Below are positions 1 to 13,545 of a stretch of DNA of 64,000 nt, piece by piece. Position 1 is the stretch's first letter; each line of letters starts with the position of its first letter. The position numbers and the translations under genes are program-made. Location of the stretch: NCBI RefSeq assembly GCF_036971445.1, contig NW_027211801.1, positions 1,302,001 through 1,366,000 on the forward strand. Direction: 5' to 3'. The stretch is from Narcine bancroftii (taxonomy: Eukaryota). Below the pieces are notes generated by a model that was not told the origin of the DNA, searched no databases, and worked only from the letters and a program-made list of their open reading frames with translations.

Positions 1-1100
1 ATAGTCCAGTGAGGCAGTTTGGGTGGAATTGAGGGGTGAAGGATGCATGAGAGTGCTAGAAGGGGTGTATCACAAACCACCAAAGGGGTCAAGAAAATTT
101 GAGGAACAAATTTGTAGGGAGATAAGGTATATGTGTGAGAATCATAAGGTAGTAATCATGGGAACAAAGATTAGCGTATACAGAACCATTGTCATACCCA
201 CACTCCTGTTCGGCTCCGAATCATGGGTCCTCTACCGGCATCACCTACAGCTCCTAGAACGCTTCCACCAGCGTTGTCTCCGCTCCATCCTCAACATTCA
301 TTGGAGCGACTTCATCCCTAACATCGAAGTACTCGAGATGGCAAAGGCCGACAGCATCGAATCCACGCTGCTGAAGATCCAACTGCTCTGGGCAGGTCAC
401 ATCTCCAGAATGGAGGTCCATCGCCTTCCCAAGATCATGTTATATGGCAAGCTCTCCACTGGCCACCATGACAGAGGTGCACCAAAGAAGAGGTACAAGG
501 ACTGCCAAAAGAAATCTCTTGGTTCCTGCCACATTGACCACCGGCAGTGGGCTGATATCACCTCAAACCGTGCATCTTGGCGCCTCACAGTTCGGCGGGC
601 AGAAACCTCCTTTGAAGAAGACCACAGAACTCATCTCACTGACAAAAGACAAAGGAGGAAAAACCCAACACCCAACCCCAACCAAACAATTTTCCCCTGC
701 AACCGCTGCATCTGTGTCTGCCTGTCCCGAATTGGACTTGTCAGCCACAAACGAGCCTGCAGCTGACGTAGACATTACCCCTCCATAAATCTTCATCCGC
801 GAAGCCAAGCCAAAGAAAGATAAGGTAGTGATCATGGGAAATTTTAACTTCCCTCACATTGATTGGGATACCCATACAGTAAGAGGGTTGGATTGGCTAG
901 AGTTCGTTAAATGTGTTCAAGATTGTTTTCTAAATCAATTAGTAGAAGAACCAACTCGGGACGGTGTAATACTGGATCTCCTGTAAGGGAACGAGCTAGC
1001 TCAGGTATCGGACATTAATGTTGGAGAACAAATTTGGTCTAGTGATCATAACTCTGTTACTTTTGGGTAGTTTTAGGGAAGAACAAGGAGGGGCCTAAAG
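1..1100 (+). mobile_element. Degenerate CR1 LINE fragment (APE endonuclease region), interrupted by an RTE insertion
   Basis: Translates to VVIMG(N)FNFPHIDW, EEPTR and GxSDHN-type motifs typical of CR1 ORF2 endonuclease. Boundaries approximate. Confidence 0.75.
165..819 (+). mobile_element. 5'-truncated RTE-clade LINE with 21-bp target-site duplication
   Basis: ORF 23-766 carries the RTE ORF2 C-terminus (LLFGSESW...LERFHQRCLRSIL...RLPK..LYG) and ends in gccaagccaaagaaag. It is flanked by ataaggtagt(a/g)atcatgggaa at 144-164 and 820-840. Confidence 0.9.
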
Positions 1101-3029
1101 TTGAGTTTCTGCCTTCCTTCCCCTTCAGGCTTGTTTCGGGGATATTTGTTGCTTCTTAAAGATGTCCCATTTTCTGGTTTCCGACTCTTAGCAACTTTGT
1201 GTGATTTGGTTTGATGCCATCCTTTATTTCACTGGTTATCTATGGCGACCTGTTCTCACACTTACTGTCCTTGCATTTTGCCTGAAAACACACTTAATGA
1301 GAAGCACGTTGCAAATCCTCCACTGTTCCACCATGTTCGTTCCATGTCGCCTCCCTTATCAGTGCAGCCTGGCCAAAACATCCCTCATCCCCGGTAGAAG
1401 GTCTTTCTTTCGGTGTCCACAGTGGTTTCAGTCCTAACTTTGTCCCATGCATTTGTATGGAAAACACTTTCACAATTTCATCAATCTTCCCAAAAGACAA
1501 TTCCAAACTTTACAATCGCGAAATAGACCTGTCTCATTGACTGGCTCAACTTCACGATGGTTCCTCACTGTTTTTGGCCCATACAGAATGTTTTCAAGAT
1601 TTTGGCTCTTTCTGAAGCAGAGACCTGACCGGCCAGAATCTGCCATCTCCCCCCTCCGCCTGCCTGAAGTGATCTTCTCTCTAAAATACTATCATCTTTC
1701 TGTTCCTTCTTTTCAGTTTGTATCCCATCTTCTCACATTCCCTGGTTGTGCCTCCGTCGTTGATGACCCCATGGTTCACAGTCATTGGATCTTTGCACTT
1801 CAACTGAAAATTCCTCAGTGCGTTAGATCAGATGTCCCGAACCAGGGCACCATTGAGGCAATGCTGCCTTCCGAACGCTCTCTCCCTGCCACAGAGTGCT
1901 GCTTGAGATTGCCCTATTGCATTATACACAATTACAACTACATCTCTCTTTCTATTCCCACCTCCCCCCTTGAATGGCTCCCCGAATCACAGTGTTCCAC
2001 ATTGGCCGCTTATCCTTCCTGCCCCGACCACTCCTATCCACACAAAAGCAATGAATCACAGTGATGTGAGTCATGTTTAAGGCCCAACCCTCCTCCAGCT
2101 CCGTCTCTTGCATCACACTACCTGCCTCACTAGCCGACTCCAAGTCTTCTCCACGATCCCTGGCCGAATTTGAGACAGCTATTCAAATATCTGGAACAGC
2201 CTCTTGAGTCAAATTGCCCAGTTTGTGAAGCGTGGATAAAAGTTCATTAATGTTATTCTTGAATTCTTCCAGAAGCAACCACTTCCTTCTGATGTGGTCA
2301 TTCGTATCCACAAAGCAATCCAACTGCTCACACACCATGCAGGTTTAACAAATCACTTGGTATGGCAGGCCTACTTTATTCATGACCTCTGAATAGATGA
2401 GCTTTATATAACCAGTCCAAAAGCATTCCTTGCACCGCCCCAGCGCCGCCTCGCCGGAGGTTTGTGGGCGAAAGCATCAAATTCCTTCTCCTCCCCTGAT
2501 CCACTCACACCCTGGCCGCTCTACAATCAACGCTCACCTTGAGTATCCCCACAATTCGTCCACCACAGACCATGAGTCAATGGAGGAATTGAACCCAGCA
2601 TTGATATTTCCACTGCAATTACGAAGAAAATAACAATGGATCCCGAATGTATTTCACCCCTGGATTTCATTCCAAATATGACCTGCCCATAACCAAAATT
2701 GTCCAAATTTAGGACATTGCCAAGTTAAATGTAAAAAAGATGCAATCTCAGAAATACACCAAACACATATATCTGATATGGCAGGAATTAATCTATTTAA
2801 TTTTTGTGGAGTCAAATATAATTGATGTAAAAATGATATTGAATCAACCGATATATTTTAATTTAAACAGGCAGGTTGAAATTAAGCCTTATGAATGCTC
2901 CGTGAATTCCGGCAAGAGACTCGATTCATTAGGTGAGTATTCAGCTGTCGTTATTATGTTTCCACACACCCGCAGAATCATGCCGGTCATGGTTCGCCAC
3001 ACCGTGCTGCACGCTTCTTCGGCCCACTA

Positions 3030-6000
3030 CACGCCCACAACTTCTGCCACCCTCCTCCCCCCTCAGAATCATCACCGTAAACTAAAACACTAGTTGCGTG
3101 TGCCTAAGATGAACGTCCATGCTGTCTGGGTTGGGGGCATTGAATGGGTGAAGTAGGATCCATTAGGGCAGGCTTGAGTCTTTCTCCATTAAACAGCTGC
3201 AAATGCCCCCCAATGTCCAAAGTAAACACAACCCAGTCCCCTGTAATCACGAGGAAAGGGCTTTCATATGGTCATTGTAATGGAGCTCCTGGGGCCTGTC
3301 TGCGTGCAAAAACAAAATCAGTGTCCAGGAGCAGTGGGGGCACATGTTGTTTAGGGGATCCATACCAGTTGGTAGGAACAGGTTTGCTGCTGGTGATACC
3401 ACATCAAAGCGACTGAAGGTCATCCAGGTCAGAGTTGGTTGTGAAATAGAACTGTAAGGACTGTACCATCAACCATCTCTGCAGATGATGCAGACAAATC
3501 CTCCTTTGGGGCCGTGCGCACTCCCAGGAGAACCCATGGCAACTCATCAACTCAATTGGAACCAGTGAGTTGGGTCTTGAGTGCAGAATTAAGTTGCCAG
3601 TGGAAACATTCCACAAGGCCGTTGGACTGAGGATGGTAGGCCATCGTGTGCTTCAGATGTGTGACATAAAAGCACGCAAAGAATTCTGCTCCACGGTCTG
3701 AAGTTATGTGCGTTGGGACACTAAATCTAGCGATCTAATTGACGATGAATTCCCTAGCTCATGTTTCAGTGAAACTGGATGGCAACTGAATGGCCTCTGG
3801 CCCGCACATGAAACGGTCCACCTCTGTTATAACGCATCTCATGTTTTGAGATACTGGGAATGACCGGACAAGGTTCACGTGCACGTGTTCAAATCTCCTG
3901 CGTACCACTGGAAAGGACTGAAGAGGAGTCTTGGTGGGCCGCTGCATTTTAGCCATCTGGCAGGAGGTGCATGTATGTGCCCATTGGGCAATGTCTTTTT
4001 TTAGTCCAGGCCATATGTATTTATGTGACATGAACTTGACTAATGTTCAATTGGACGGATGAGAGAAGCCCTGTATCTGGTTGAAAAGGCGTCGCCTCAA
4101 TGATGCCAGAATCAATGTCTAGGGTAGCCTAAAGACATGTCACAATGTAGGGTTGGTCCACCCCAGTTGTGGTGCCACCCATTGTATGTCCAGGTTAGTA
4201 ATGGCCGTACTGCATGCCTGAACATCAGGGTCTATGGCCTGTACAATAGTCAATTCAGAAATATTGATTCCACTCTGAATATGATATACTGTCAGCCTGG
4301 ACAGCATATCTGTGATGAGATTGTGTTTTCCAGAAACATGGCACACGGCCATTGTGAATTCTGAAACTTACGATAAGTGACGCTACTTTATTGACGACCA
4401 TGGATCTGTTATTTTCCTGAAGGCAAAAATTAGTGGCTTTCAATCTGTAATCACAGTGAAATGTCGACCTTCCTAAACATATCGGAAGTGCTGTGTGGCT
4501 TGATAAAATTCCAAGAGATTCCAATCAAGCGTACTGTATTTCACTTCCGCTGGCCTTAAATGTTGGCTGAAGAAAGCGAGGGGTTGATAATGTCCATTGA
4601 CGTACTGGTCAAGAACCGCACCCATGGCCGTACTCGAGACGTCTGTGCTAACCCCAAGGTAGCCTCAGGGTTAGGATGAGTGAGCATTATTGCTTTGGTC
4701 AATGCCTCTTTGGAAGTCTTAAATCCAGCCTCCACCTCTGATGTCCAGGTAATCTCCCTGAGCTTGGTGGAGAGGATCTGAAACTGTGGTCGAAGAATGT
4801 CAACAGCTGCAGGAATAAACCAGTGATAAAAGTTTATCAAGCCCAAAGTTTTTTGCAGTCCCTTCACCGTGGGAGGTTTGGAAAAAAACACAGAGAGCGT
4901 CTACCTTGCTGGATAAGGGGAATATATCTTCGGCTGTGATCTTGTGTCCTAGGAAGTCAATGGGGAATCTGCCAAATTGACATTTGCCAGGGTTGATGAT
5001 AAGACCGAATTCCTCCAGCTGTTGGAAAAGGCGGCGCAAATGCAGGTGGTGATGCTACTCAGTTTAACTGGCAATGAGGATGTCATCCAAGTAAATGTTT
5101 ATTAACTCCAAATCCCTCCCTAATGCCTCCATAAGCTGATGGAAGATTTGAGCGGTGTTTTTCCATCCAAATGTTATTCTAAGAAATTCAAAAGCCCAAG
5201 GCGGTAATGATTGCTATTTTAGGAATGTCATCCTGATGGACTGGCATTTGATGACATCGCTTAACCACATCAACTTTGGAAAAAATGCGACAATTGTGTG
5301 GAAAGGCAGCAAAATTCTGTATATGAGGAATTGGGTACCTGTCGGGGGTAGTAACATCATTGAGCCTACGGTAATCACCTCAGGGTCACCATCCACCTGT
5401 TTTGTTGAGTTCCAAATGATACCCAACCCCTCCATTGTCTTAAATTCTGCCATTGCCTGCAGCAGTTTATCAGGTGGAAGACGATGAGCCCCGACTTGAA
5501 TCGGTGGGCCTCAGTGTCTATGTAATGAGACACACCATGGCCTGTTATTGAGGCATTTGAATTAGGAGTGAGAATGCGGGGCAATTCTTTGAGCAGGGCA
5601 GCAAAGACATCTTTGTACAGCATGTGTACCCCGAGCTGGGAAACTCTCCCTTTGCTGCATGCCAGCGGGTATGTCTGAAAAGTGGCGGAATCAACCAATT
5701 TCCTTCGTTTCACATCCACCAGTAAGTCATGGGATCGTAAAAAGTCTGCATCCAAAATGGGCTGAGCAACAGAAGTTAAGACGCATTTCCAATGGAATGT
5801 GGTCCCTCCTATTCCAATTGTGATCTGTCGCGTGCCAAAGCAGGGCATAATACTCCCATTTGACGCTTGAAGAACCACATGTTATTTATGGGTAACTGAC
5901 CTCAGCACCCATGTCTGCAAGGAACCTGCACTTACCAGCGTCGTCTTGAAGATTCAATTAGCACCAGCTTCCAAGACCATTACTGGCAGCCGGCTCTTTT

Positions 6001-6920
6001 GTTTCCCTACCTTTTTCCTGTAATAGGTTCATGGCTGAACACATTCATGGGTATTTTATCCCCAACGGTGATGGTAAAAACTCCATTCATAATGCCCGTC
6101 AGTACGTTCCTCCTTTTTTGATTGAATTGCAGGTACAGAAGGCTTGAAGGACACTGGAGATGTATCTGCTGCCAAAACGGGCCATATTTGAGTCGACAGT
6201 TGTGTTGGGGTATGATAGAGCCTGTCAACCTCCCGCGCTATGTCATGGGGTCGGTGGAAATCAATGTTACCGATGGGAATGGTGACACGAGCTGGGAACT
6301 TGGATAGGAATAGTGTTTCAAAAAGCAGGCAATGAGAATGACCATCCACAAATATGAGCATTTCATCCTTAGGTACGATGGATTCCTCTCACCCAGGCCT
6401 TCCATATTCAAAGGCTGCATGCCACGCTCCTGTCTTGTCATTTCCAGTGTATCCAGTAGAAACTGGGGGATCCTGGTGTACTGGTTTTCTGCCGGGGGAT
6501 TGGCAATAAATTTGCTTACTCGAGATGCGGTAGCAGTGTCCAACGCACATACGACTTGCCAGAATTTCATGTCCTCTGCTGTTATGCCTCGAAGACGAAA
6601 CTGGGTTGCAACCTGAATAAGCCGTACCCGAGGTAGATAGATCCAGAAAGGAGGCAAGTGTAATCCCATTGCGTTAATTCCCTCCGTGGTGGCGGGTTCC
6701 GCTTCTGCTGTAGCTGCGTCCATTATAACTGTAGTCTGAAGCTTCAGCTGAATCTTGCAGTCAGGTCACCAATTGTAGCGGCTACTGCGGTAGAGCTACT
6801 GAAGTAATAGAAAGACAAACACCAGATTAGTCAACTCAAGACTGATTTATTCAGGGTTTACAGGCTTCTCTTAAATACTGCATTTCCAGGGCTCCATGGG
6901 ACAAGGTGGGACATCGCTGC
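3030..6920 (-). mobile_element. Degenerate Gypsy/Ty3 LTR retrotransposon (gag, protease, RT, RNase H, integrase)
   Basis: Gag-like ORF 6238-6723 (LPPFW...QFRLRGIT). RT fragments (GLIINPGKCQFG, FLGH), RNase H, and integrase (YIWPGLKKDIAQWAHTCTSCQ, FEHVHV). LTR end ...CTACA at 6774 is followed by PBS-like TGGTGACC. Many stops and frameshifts. Confidence 0.88.
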
Positions 6921-6924
6921 TGGA

Positions 6925-7360
6925 ATAAGATAGAAAGAGTACAGAGAAGATTTACTCGAACATTGCCCAGACTTCAGTAACTGAGTTACAGGTAAAGGTT
7001 AAACAAGTTTGGCCTTTATTCCCTGGACTGCAGAAAATGAGGGGAGATTTGATCGAGGTATTTAAAATGATGAGGGGAATAGACAGATTAAATGTAGGTA
7101 GGATATTTCCACTGAAGGTAGGTGAAATAGAGTCCAGAGGACATGGGTTAAGAGTGAATGGGAAAAGGTTCTGGGCAAAATTATTCACACGGAGAGTGGT
7201 TGGCATGTGGAACGAGGTGAAATGGTGAATGGGGCTCCATGTTCACATTTAAGGAGAATTTGGACAGGTACGTGAAAGGGAGGGGTATGGAGGGTTATGG
7301 GTGGAGTGCACTTCGGTGGGACCAGGCAGAAATAATGGTTCAACACAGACTAAAAGTGCC
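6925..7360 (+). mobile_element. CR1 LINE 3' fragment
   Basis: MRGDLIEVFKMM...SRGHGLR...FTRRVVGMWN is the CR1 ORF2 C-terminus. Confidence 0.8.
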
Positions 7361-7369
7361 ACAGGAAAA

Positions 7370-7594
7370 TGTCTGTGTTTTGTCATGTATGTGACCTGGG
7401 AACAAATCTGCTTATTTCAGGGAACACAACCAGATGGGGTGATTGTCCGCCACTTGGCGTTCTCCTGACATCTCTCCCTCATGGGCACCCCTTCTTAAAC
7501 AGAGCCTCCAGACCTGCTTTGCAGACGGGAGAACCATAGCGACTCCGTGTTTTCGAGGAACCCAATCGCGCTGCTTTGTATTAGCCTGTCCGGA
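7370..7594 (+). promoter_or_regulatory. Promoter copy of the light-chain VJ pseudogene
   Basis: Aligns with 24978-25200 and 36420-36650. Contains TCATGTATGTGA, a CAGATG E-box and TATA-like CTTAAA near 7495. Confidence 0.65.
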
Positions 7595-8167
7595 ATGATT
7601 GTCTCTGTGCCAAGACTCCTTTGGTCTCTGATGGTCTGGGTTCCAGTTGAGAAGTCAAGAGGTCATTCCCCATGTATTATAACCACCCAACTCCCCTCCA
7701 ACTAAGCTTTTCATTGCACTTTGTTTCCCTGCAAACACACGGTGTCATGTTTATTTGTGTCATTGAAGGTGTCCTGGCATTGGTTAAACTCAATCAGACC
7801 CCAATGTTTGACCCACTCTCCGCGGGACATAGAGCTCACTTGGACTGTCGGCTGGCTGGTGGGAGCGTTGGAAGTTCCCACATGAACTGGTTCTGACAGC
7901 GACCCGGAGAAGCTCGAGAGTGGGTATTGATACACTATATGTCTAACAGTAGCTACTTTCAGGTGGCCACAATACAGAATAATAAAATCTCCCAAGGCCG
8001 CCGGTTCACCAGGCGATTCGACCCATCCAGAGACACCTTGGCCAACACTCACTCCTTGACCATCCTCAGCCTGGAAGCTGGAGATTCAACCATGTCCTAC
8101 TGTGCTACATGGGACAGTTCAGCAAAAGTTTGGGTGTTCGGTCCTGGAACCACATTGATCAGAACAA
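7595..8167 (+). pseudogene. Germline-joined Ig light chain leader + VJ pseudogene (sigma-cart / type I-like)
   Basis: Leader 7595-7646 has its donor changed GT>TT. VJ exon 7769-8167 reads LVKLNQTP...C...WF*QRPG...SYCATWDSSAKVWVFGPGTTLI, with in-frame TGA at 7894-7896 and J donor GT>AT. No RSS between V and J. Confidence 0.93.
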
Positions 8168-8709
8168 ATTAGTGAACTCAAGGAAATTTAAATAATTTTA
8201 TTTCCAAACTTCAGAATCTATTTTTCATTCATTTTGTCCGTGAGCACAGAAGATGTCAGTAAACTGTCGAGACCCTGTGCTGGAGACAGATTCTGCAGAT
8301 GCCCCTCAGCCAGATGAGGTTTGACCCTAGGAAAGTCACCTCATCCTGACCCCCAGATTGATGTGTGTGGGACCCAAGCACAATTTGATACCTGGTTATT
8401 CTCAATTTCAAGGTAAACATTTTAATATTATTTAATAAAAATAATGTCGGTTCCATCAGCAATTTATTCTTCAGAACTTTCTCTAAAAACTTTTTAAGTC
8501 ATGTCCAAAATTGTTTCACCATAATCACATAACAAAGTGGAATGGAGGAATGAACCTACTTCCTTCTGGCACCTGAAACCTAAATCGGAAGAAATTGAAT
8601 TATATCTCTTGAATTTTCCAGGGGTTAAATATTGATGATGTATGAAGTAATAATGGAACAACCTATATCTCACAATAACAATCTTTGTCATACCATATTA
8701 CTATGTAAC

Positions 8710-11700
8710 AATTTACAGTTCAGAAACAGGCCATATTGGTCCTTCTCGTCCGCATCGATTTTTGTGTGACTCCATTGCTTCCACCTACCCATTCCCTTGC
8801 CCATAATTCTCCAACCCCCTCACATACCTGTACGCATCTAACCTCTTAAATTAAAGAAATGACCGTGCCACAACTACCACTTCCGGACAATCATTCCACT
8901 CAGCCACCACTCTCTGAGTGAAGAAGCATCCTCTTATATTACTTCTAAAGTGTTGCCCCCTAACCCTTAACTTATGACCCCTTGATCCAATCTCCCCTAC
9001 CCTCAGGGGAAAGAGCCTATTCACATCTACTCTATCTATTCCCTTCATAATGTTAAATTCCTCTATTAAATCCCCTCTCAACCTTCTATGCTCCAGTGAA
9101 TAAAGTTCCAGTCTACTCCATATTTAAGATACTGCAATCCAGGCAAGATTTTCATAAATCTTCTCTGTATCCTCTCTACCTTATTTATATCCTTCCTACA
9201 AGTTGGAGACCTGAATTGCACACAGTATTCCAAACTTGGCCTCACTAATGCCTTAAACAGTCTCAACATAACCCCCCAGATCCTATATTCTATGCAATGG
9301 TTTATAAAGGCCAGAAAACAAAAAGCCTTCTTCACCACCCTATCGACATGGGAATCCACCTTCAAGGATTGCTGAACTGTTATTCAAAGATCACTCTGTT
9401 CCTCTGCATTCCTCAATGCCTTCCCCTTCATGGCATATGTACAATTTTGGTTATTCCTCCCACAATGAAGCAGCTCACACTTATCTACATTAAACTCCAT
9501 CTGCCACCTTTCAGCCCACCTTTCCAAACAGTCTTTTTGTAGTCCATGAAAACCCTCCTCACTATGCACAACTCCAACTATTTTTGTATTGGCTGCACAT
9601 TTACTCACCCAGTTCACCACCCCATCATTCAAATCATTCATATAAATGATAAACTTTAAAGGACCTAACACCGATCACTGAGGCACATTTCTTGTCACTG
9701 CCCTCCACCCTGACAGAGAGATGTCCACCATGACTCTCTGGTGCCTACCTTCCAGCCACCACTGACCCCATCTGACTGTCTCTATATTAATCCCGAGAGA
9801 CTTCCTCACTAACCTTTCATTTGAAACCTTATCGAAAGCCTTACTAAAATCCAATTAGACCACATCATCTGCTCTAACTTCAGTTCACCTCTTCAAAAAT
9901 TTAAACAAGATTCATCAAACACAACTTTCCCCTCACAACCCCATGTTGGGTGTCCCTGATCAATCTCTGCTTTTCCAGATATTTTATATTTTCCCTAAGA
10001 ATTCCTTCTATTAGTTTCCCCACCACCAATGTCAAACTTACTGCCCGATAATTGCTTACCCTACAACTTGCACCCTTTTTAAACAACTCAACCACATTTG
10101 CAACCCACATTACCACACCCTCCTCCAGTGACCATTGAAAAATCACCTTCAGAGCCTCTGCTATTTCCTTCCTGACCCCCCTTAAGGTCCTGGTGAAAAT
10201 CCCATGAGGACCAGCAGACTTATCTACCTTTATATACCCCAGAATTTCTAATATCCTTCTTTAATAATCTTTATCTTTTTCATAACTCACCCTTTGGCCT
10301 CACAACTACACAATTCAAGATTTATTTCCTCTTAAACATTGATGAGAAGAATTAATACAATATCTCCCCTATCTCATATGGTTCTTCAGACATTCCTCTG
10401 CCCTGATTTTCTAGAGGACTATTCTATCCTTAATTTTCCTTTTGCTGTTCACATATTTGGATAACCCTTTTGGATTTACTTTCACCTTATTTTCTATAGC
10501 CCTCTCATACCTTCTTTTTGCCTTTCTAATTTCCTTCTTAAGGTTCTTTCTACAATCTATGTATCGTTCAAACATCTCATCCATCCTTTGTTTCTTGTAT
10601 TCAACGTAGTCCTCCCTCTTATTCCGAACCATCTTCCTAATCTCTCTAGAAAACCATGGCTCCCTTGAACATTTGGCCTTGCCTTTTGTCCTGACAGGAA
10701 CATAAATAGTCTGTGCTCTCAAAATCTCAATTTTAAATGCTCTCCAATTCTCCTTAACATCCTCTCCAGAAAAAAGATCAGTCCAAACTACTCCCTACAA
10801 GTCCCTTCTCATTTCTTTGTATCTGGCTTACCCCCACACAAAGACCTTCAACGTCGGACCAGATCAATCCCTTTTGCTGAAATTAATGGTACCATCATCA
10901 CTGGATCCGAAGTGCTCCCAAGTGCACACCTCCTTCACCTGCCCTATTCCATTCCCAACAGTCAATCTAACACTGCCCCTTCTCTAGTGGGCACTCAACA
11001 TATTGATGCAAAAAGCACTCCTGCACACATTTTACAAACTCTAATCCATCCAGCCCACTCACTGTCTACGTTACCCAATCTATGTTAGGAAAATTAAAAT
11101 CCCCAACTAACAGAACCCTGTGCTTACTGCACATCTCAGCTATTTCACTGCGCATTTCCTCTTCTCGTTCCCTCTCCCCATTCGGTCGTCTATAATACAC
11201 CCCTATAAGCATAACCTCACCTCTATTATTTTTTTTATTCCACCCACAGCGCCTCCCTTGACAAGCCCTCTTATGTATCATGCCTCAGTAGCGCTGTAAT
11301 ATCCTCCTTGACAAGTAATGCAACCATCCCCATCCCTCCAATTCTATCACACCTAATGCAGAGAGATCCCAGAATATTTAACTGCCAGTTGCAACCCTCC
11401 TTCAACCACGTCCCACTAATTGCTGCCACATCATACTGCCAATTGTCCAGCCACACCTTCGGCTTGTCCACCTTCCTTATATTGAAGTAAATTCATTTCA
11501 GAGACTTCCCACATCTTACCTTCTGCCTATCCCCCACTCGGTCATCCACGCTATTATTTGTCACCTTCCTCCATTTTCCATCATAGAATCTATCCCTCTC
11601 CTCCTCAATCAACTGTGGTCCCACCCCAAAATTTTGTGAATAAGCCTTTTCCCTTCACCTACAATAACTCTCTCTGCTCTCCTCCCTTATATGGGCAATT

Positions 11701-12230
11701 TCCCCCAAAATAGGTCCCAGTGATCCAAGAACTCGAATCCCTGCCCATTACTCCAGCACTTTCGCCACGCATTCAGTATCCACCTGATTCTATTTCTACC
11801 CTCACTATCACGTGGTACAGGAAGTAATCCAAATATTACTCACTTTGCGATTCTTCTTCGGAGCTCCAAACCTAACTCCCTATATTCATTCCTTAGGAAC
11901 ACTTCCTCCTTCCTCCCAATATCATTGGGACCAACATGTAACATGACCTCTGGTTCATTACCCTCCCCTTTTAGGATGCCTTGGATATGCGTAGTTAGAT
12001 CCCAGATACTAGCACCAGGGCAGCAAACAACCATCCGGTTTCCTCTATCGTATCCACTAAAACCCCCATCAGTCCTCCTGACCATTGAATCCCCAATAAC
12101 TATAGCCCTCCTCCTCCTTTCCCTTCCCTTCTGGGCTGCAGAAGGTGACTCTGAGCCAGAGTTACAGTCACCGCTGCCTTCCTTAGCCAGACTGTCCCCC
12201 CAAATATTACTCAAGGAGACATGGTACCTT
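8710..12230 (-). mobile_element. Long degenerate CR1 LINE including the ORF1 esterase region and ORF2
   Basis: 11840-12214 gives AIVIGDSMVR...HVGPNDIG (SGNH esterase). Also endonuclease (VGDFNFPNIDW), RT fragments and C-terminal MRGDLIE. Confidence 0.9.
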
Positions 12231-12599
12231 TATAATGCTGGAGAGACAAACCCACATCATTTACTGACGCCAATAGCTCAGTGGCAGGAGGATTAATCTA
12301 ATTAAAATAGCCAATGGTCCAAGGCCAAGTACAGACAGGCTGCAGTGTCCAGTCCAAGTCATTTCCATGTGGCCAACAGCAAGGTGCGCACTCTTGGGTG
12401 GGGCAGAACCAGAGCTTGATTGGCAGCTGGTGTGTCCTCCGACAATGTAGGGGAACAGTGCTGTCACATGACAGCCACAACCCTTCCCACCACAAGCCTG
12501 AAGGCCTAAGAATTTAGAAAATATCCATCAATCATCTCGGACCAGTGTGGTGCAGATGGAACTAACCATAGATGGGGTTTTTGGCCATTCTAGTACCAG

Positions 12600-13545
12600 A
12601 GAAAATTAGAGCACAGAAACAAACACTTCAGCCCATCTCATCTGTGCCAAATGAGATTCTGCCTTGTCCCACTGACCTGCACCCATTCCGTTACCCTCTA
12701 TAGCTTCAAATCCATGTACGTCTCCAAATACTTCTTCAATGTTAAAACTGGTCCCACATTCACCACTTCAGCTGTCAGCTCATTCCACACTCCCACTACG
12801 CTGTGTATGAAGAGGTTCCCCCTCATGTTCCCCCAAACTTTTCTCCTTTCATTCTTAGCCCATCTCCTACATTTTGAGGGAAAAGCTGATCTACATTTAC
12901 TCTGTCTATACCCCTCGTAATTAAACAAAACCTTGATCAAATCTCCCTCATTAATACGCTCCAGGGAATGAAGTCCTCACCTGTACAACCCTTCCCTGTG
13001 ATTCAGGTCCAGAATTCCAGCCACTTCCTACTAATTCTTATCTGCACTCTTCAATCTTTCCTGTATTTCAATGACCAAAACTCCACACATTTCTCCATTT
13101 TTGACCCCACCAATATCTTATAAAACTTGACCACAATATCCCCACTCCTGCGCTCAATACTTAGATTTATGAAGGCCAAGATGCTAAAAGCACTCTTTGC
13201 AACCCTATCCACTTTGACCCCACTTCAGGGAATGACGTATCTGTATTCCGAGGCCCCTCTGTTCGACCGCACTCCTCAGGGCCCGACCATTCACCGTGTA
13301 TGTCTTTTCTTGATTTGTCCTTCCAAAGTATAGCACCTCACACTTGTCTGCATTAAATTCCATCTGCTATTTTACAGCCCACTTTTCCAGCTGGTCCAGA
13401 TGCCTCTGCAAGCTTTGAAAACCTTCCTCGCTGTCCACAATGCCTCCAATCTTAGTGTCATCTCCAAACTTACTGATCCAATTCACCACATTATCACCCA
13501 GAGCATTGTTATGACAAACAGCAATGCCCGCAGCACTGACCCCTG
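12600..13545 (-). mobile_element. CR1 LINE 3' fragment
   Basis: NWISKFGDDTKIGG...QLEKWA RT motif and a CR1-type 3' end. Confidence 0.8.

Noticed and set aside
1447-2064. 205-aa ORF
   Set aside because: No motif recognised; probably antisense to a decayed retroelement.
12260-12590. Cys/Trp-rich short ORFs, possibly retroviral env surface fragments
   Set aside because: No diagnostic motif; cannot be supported without a search.
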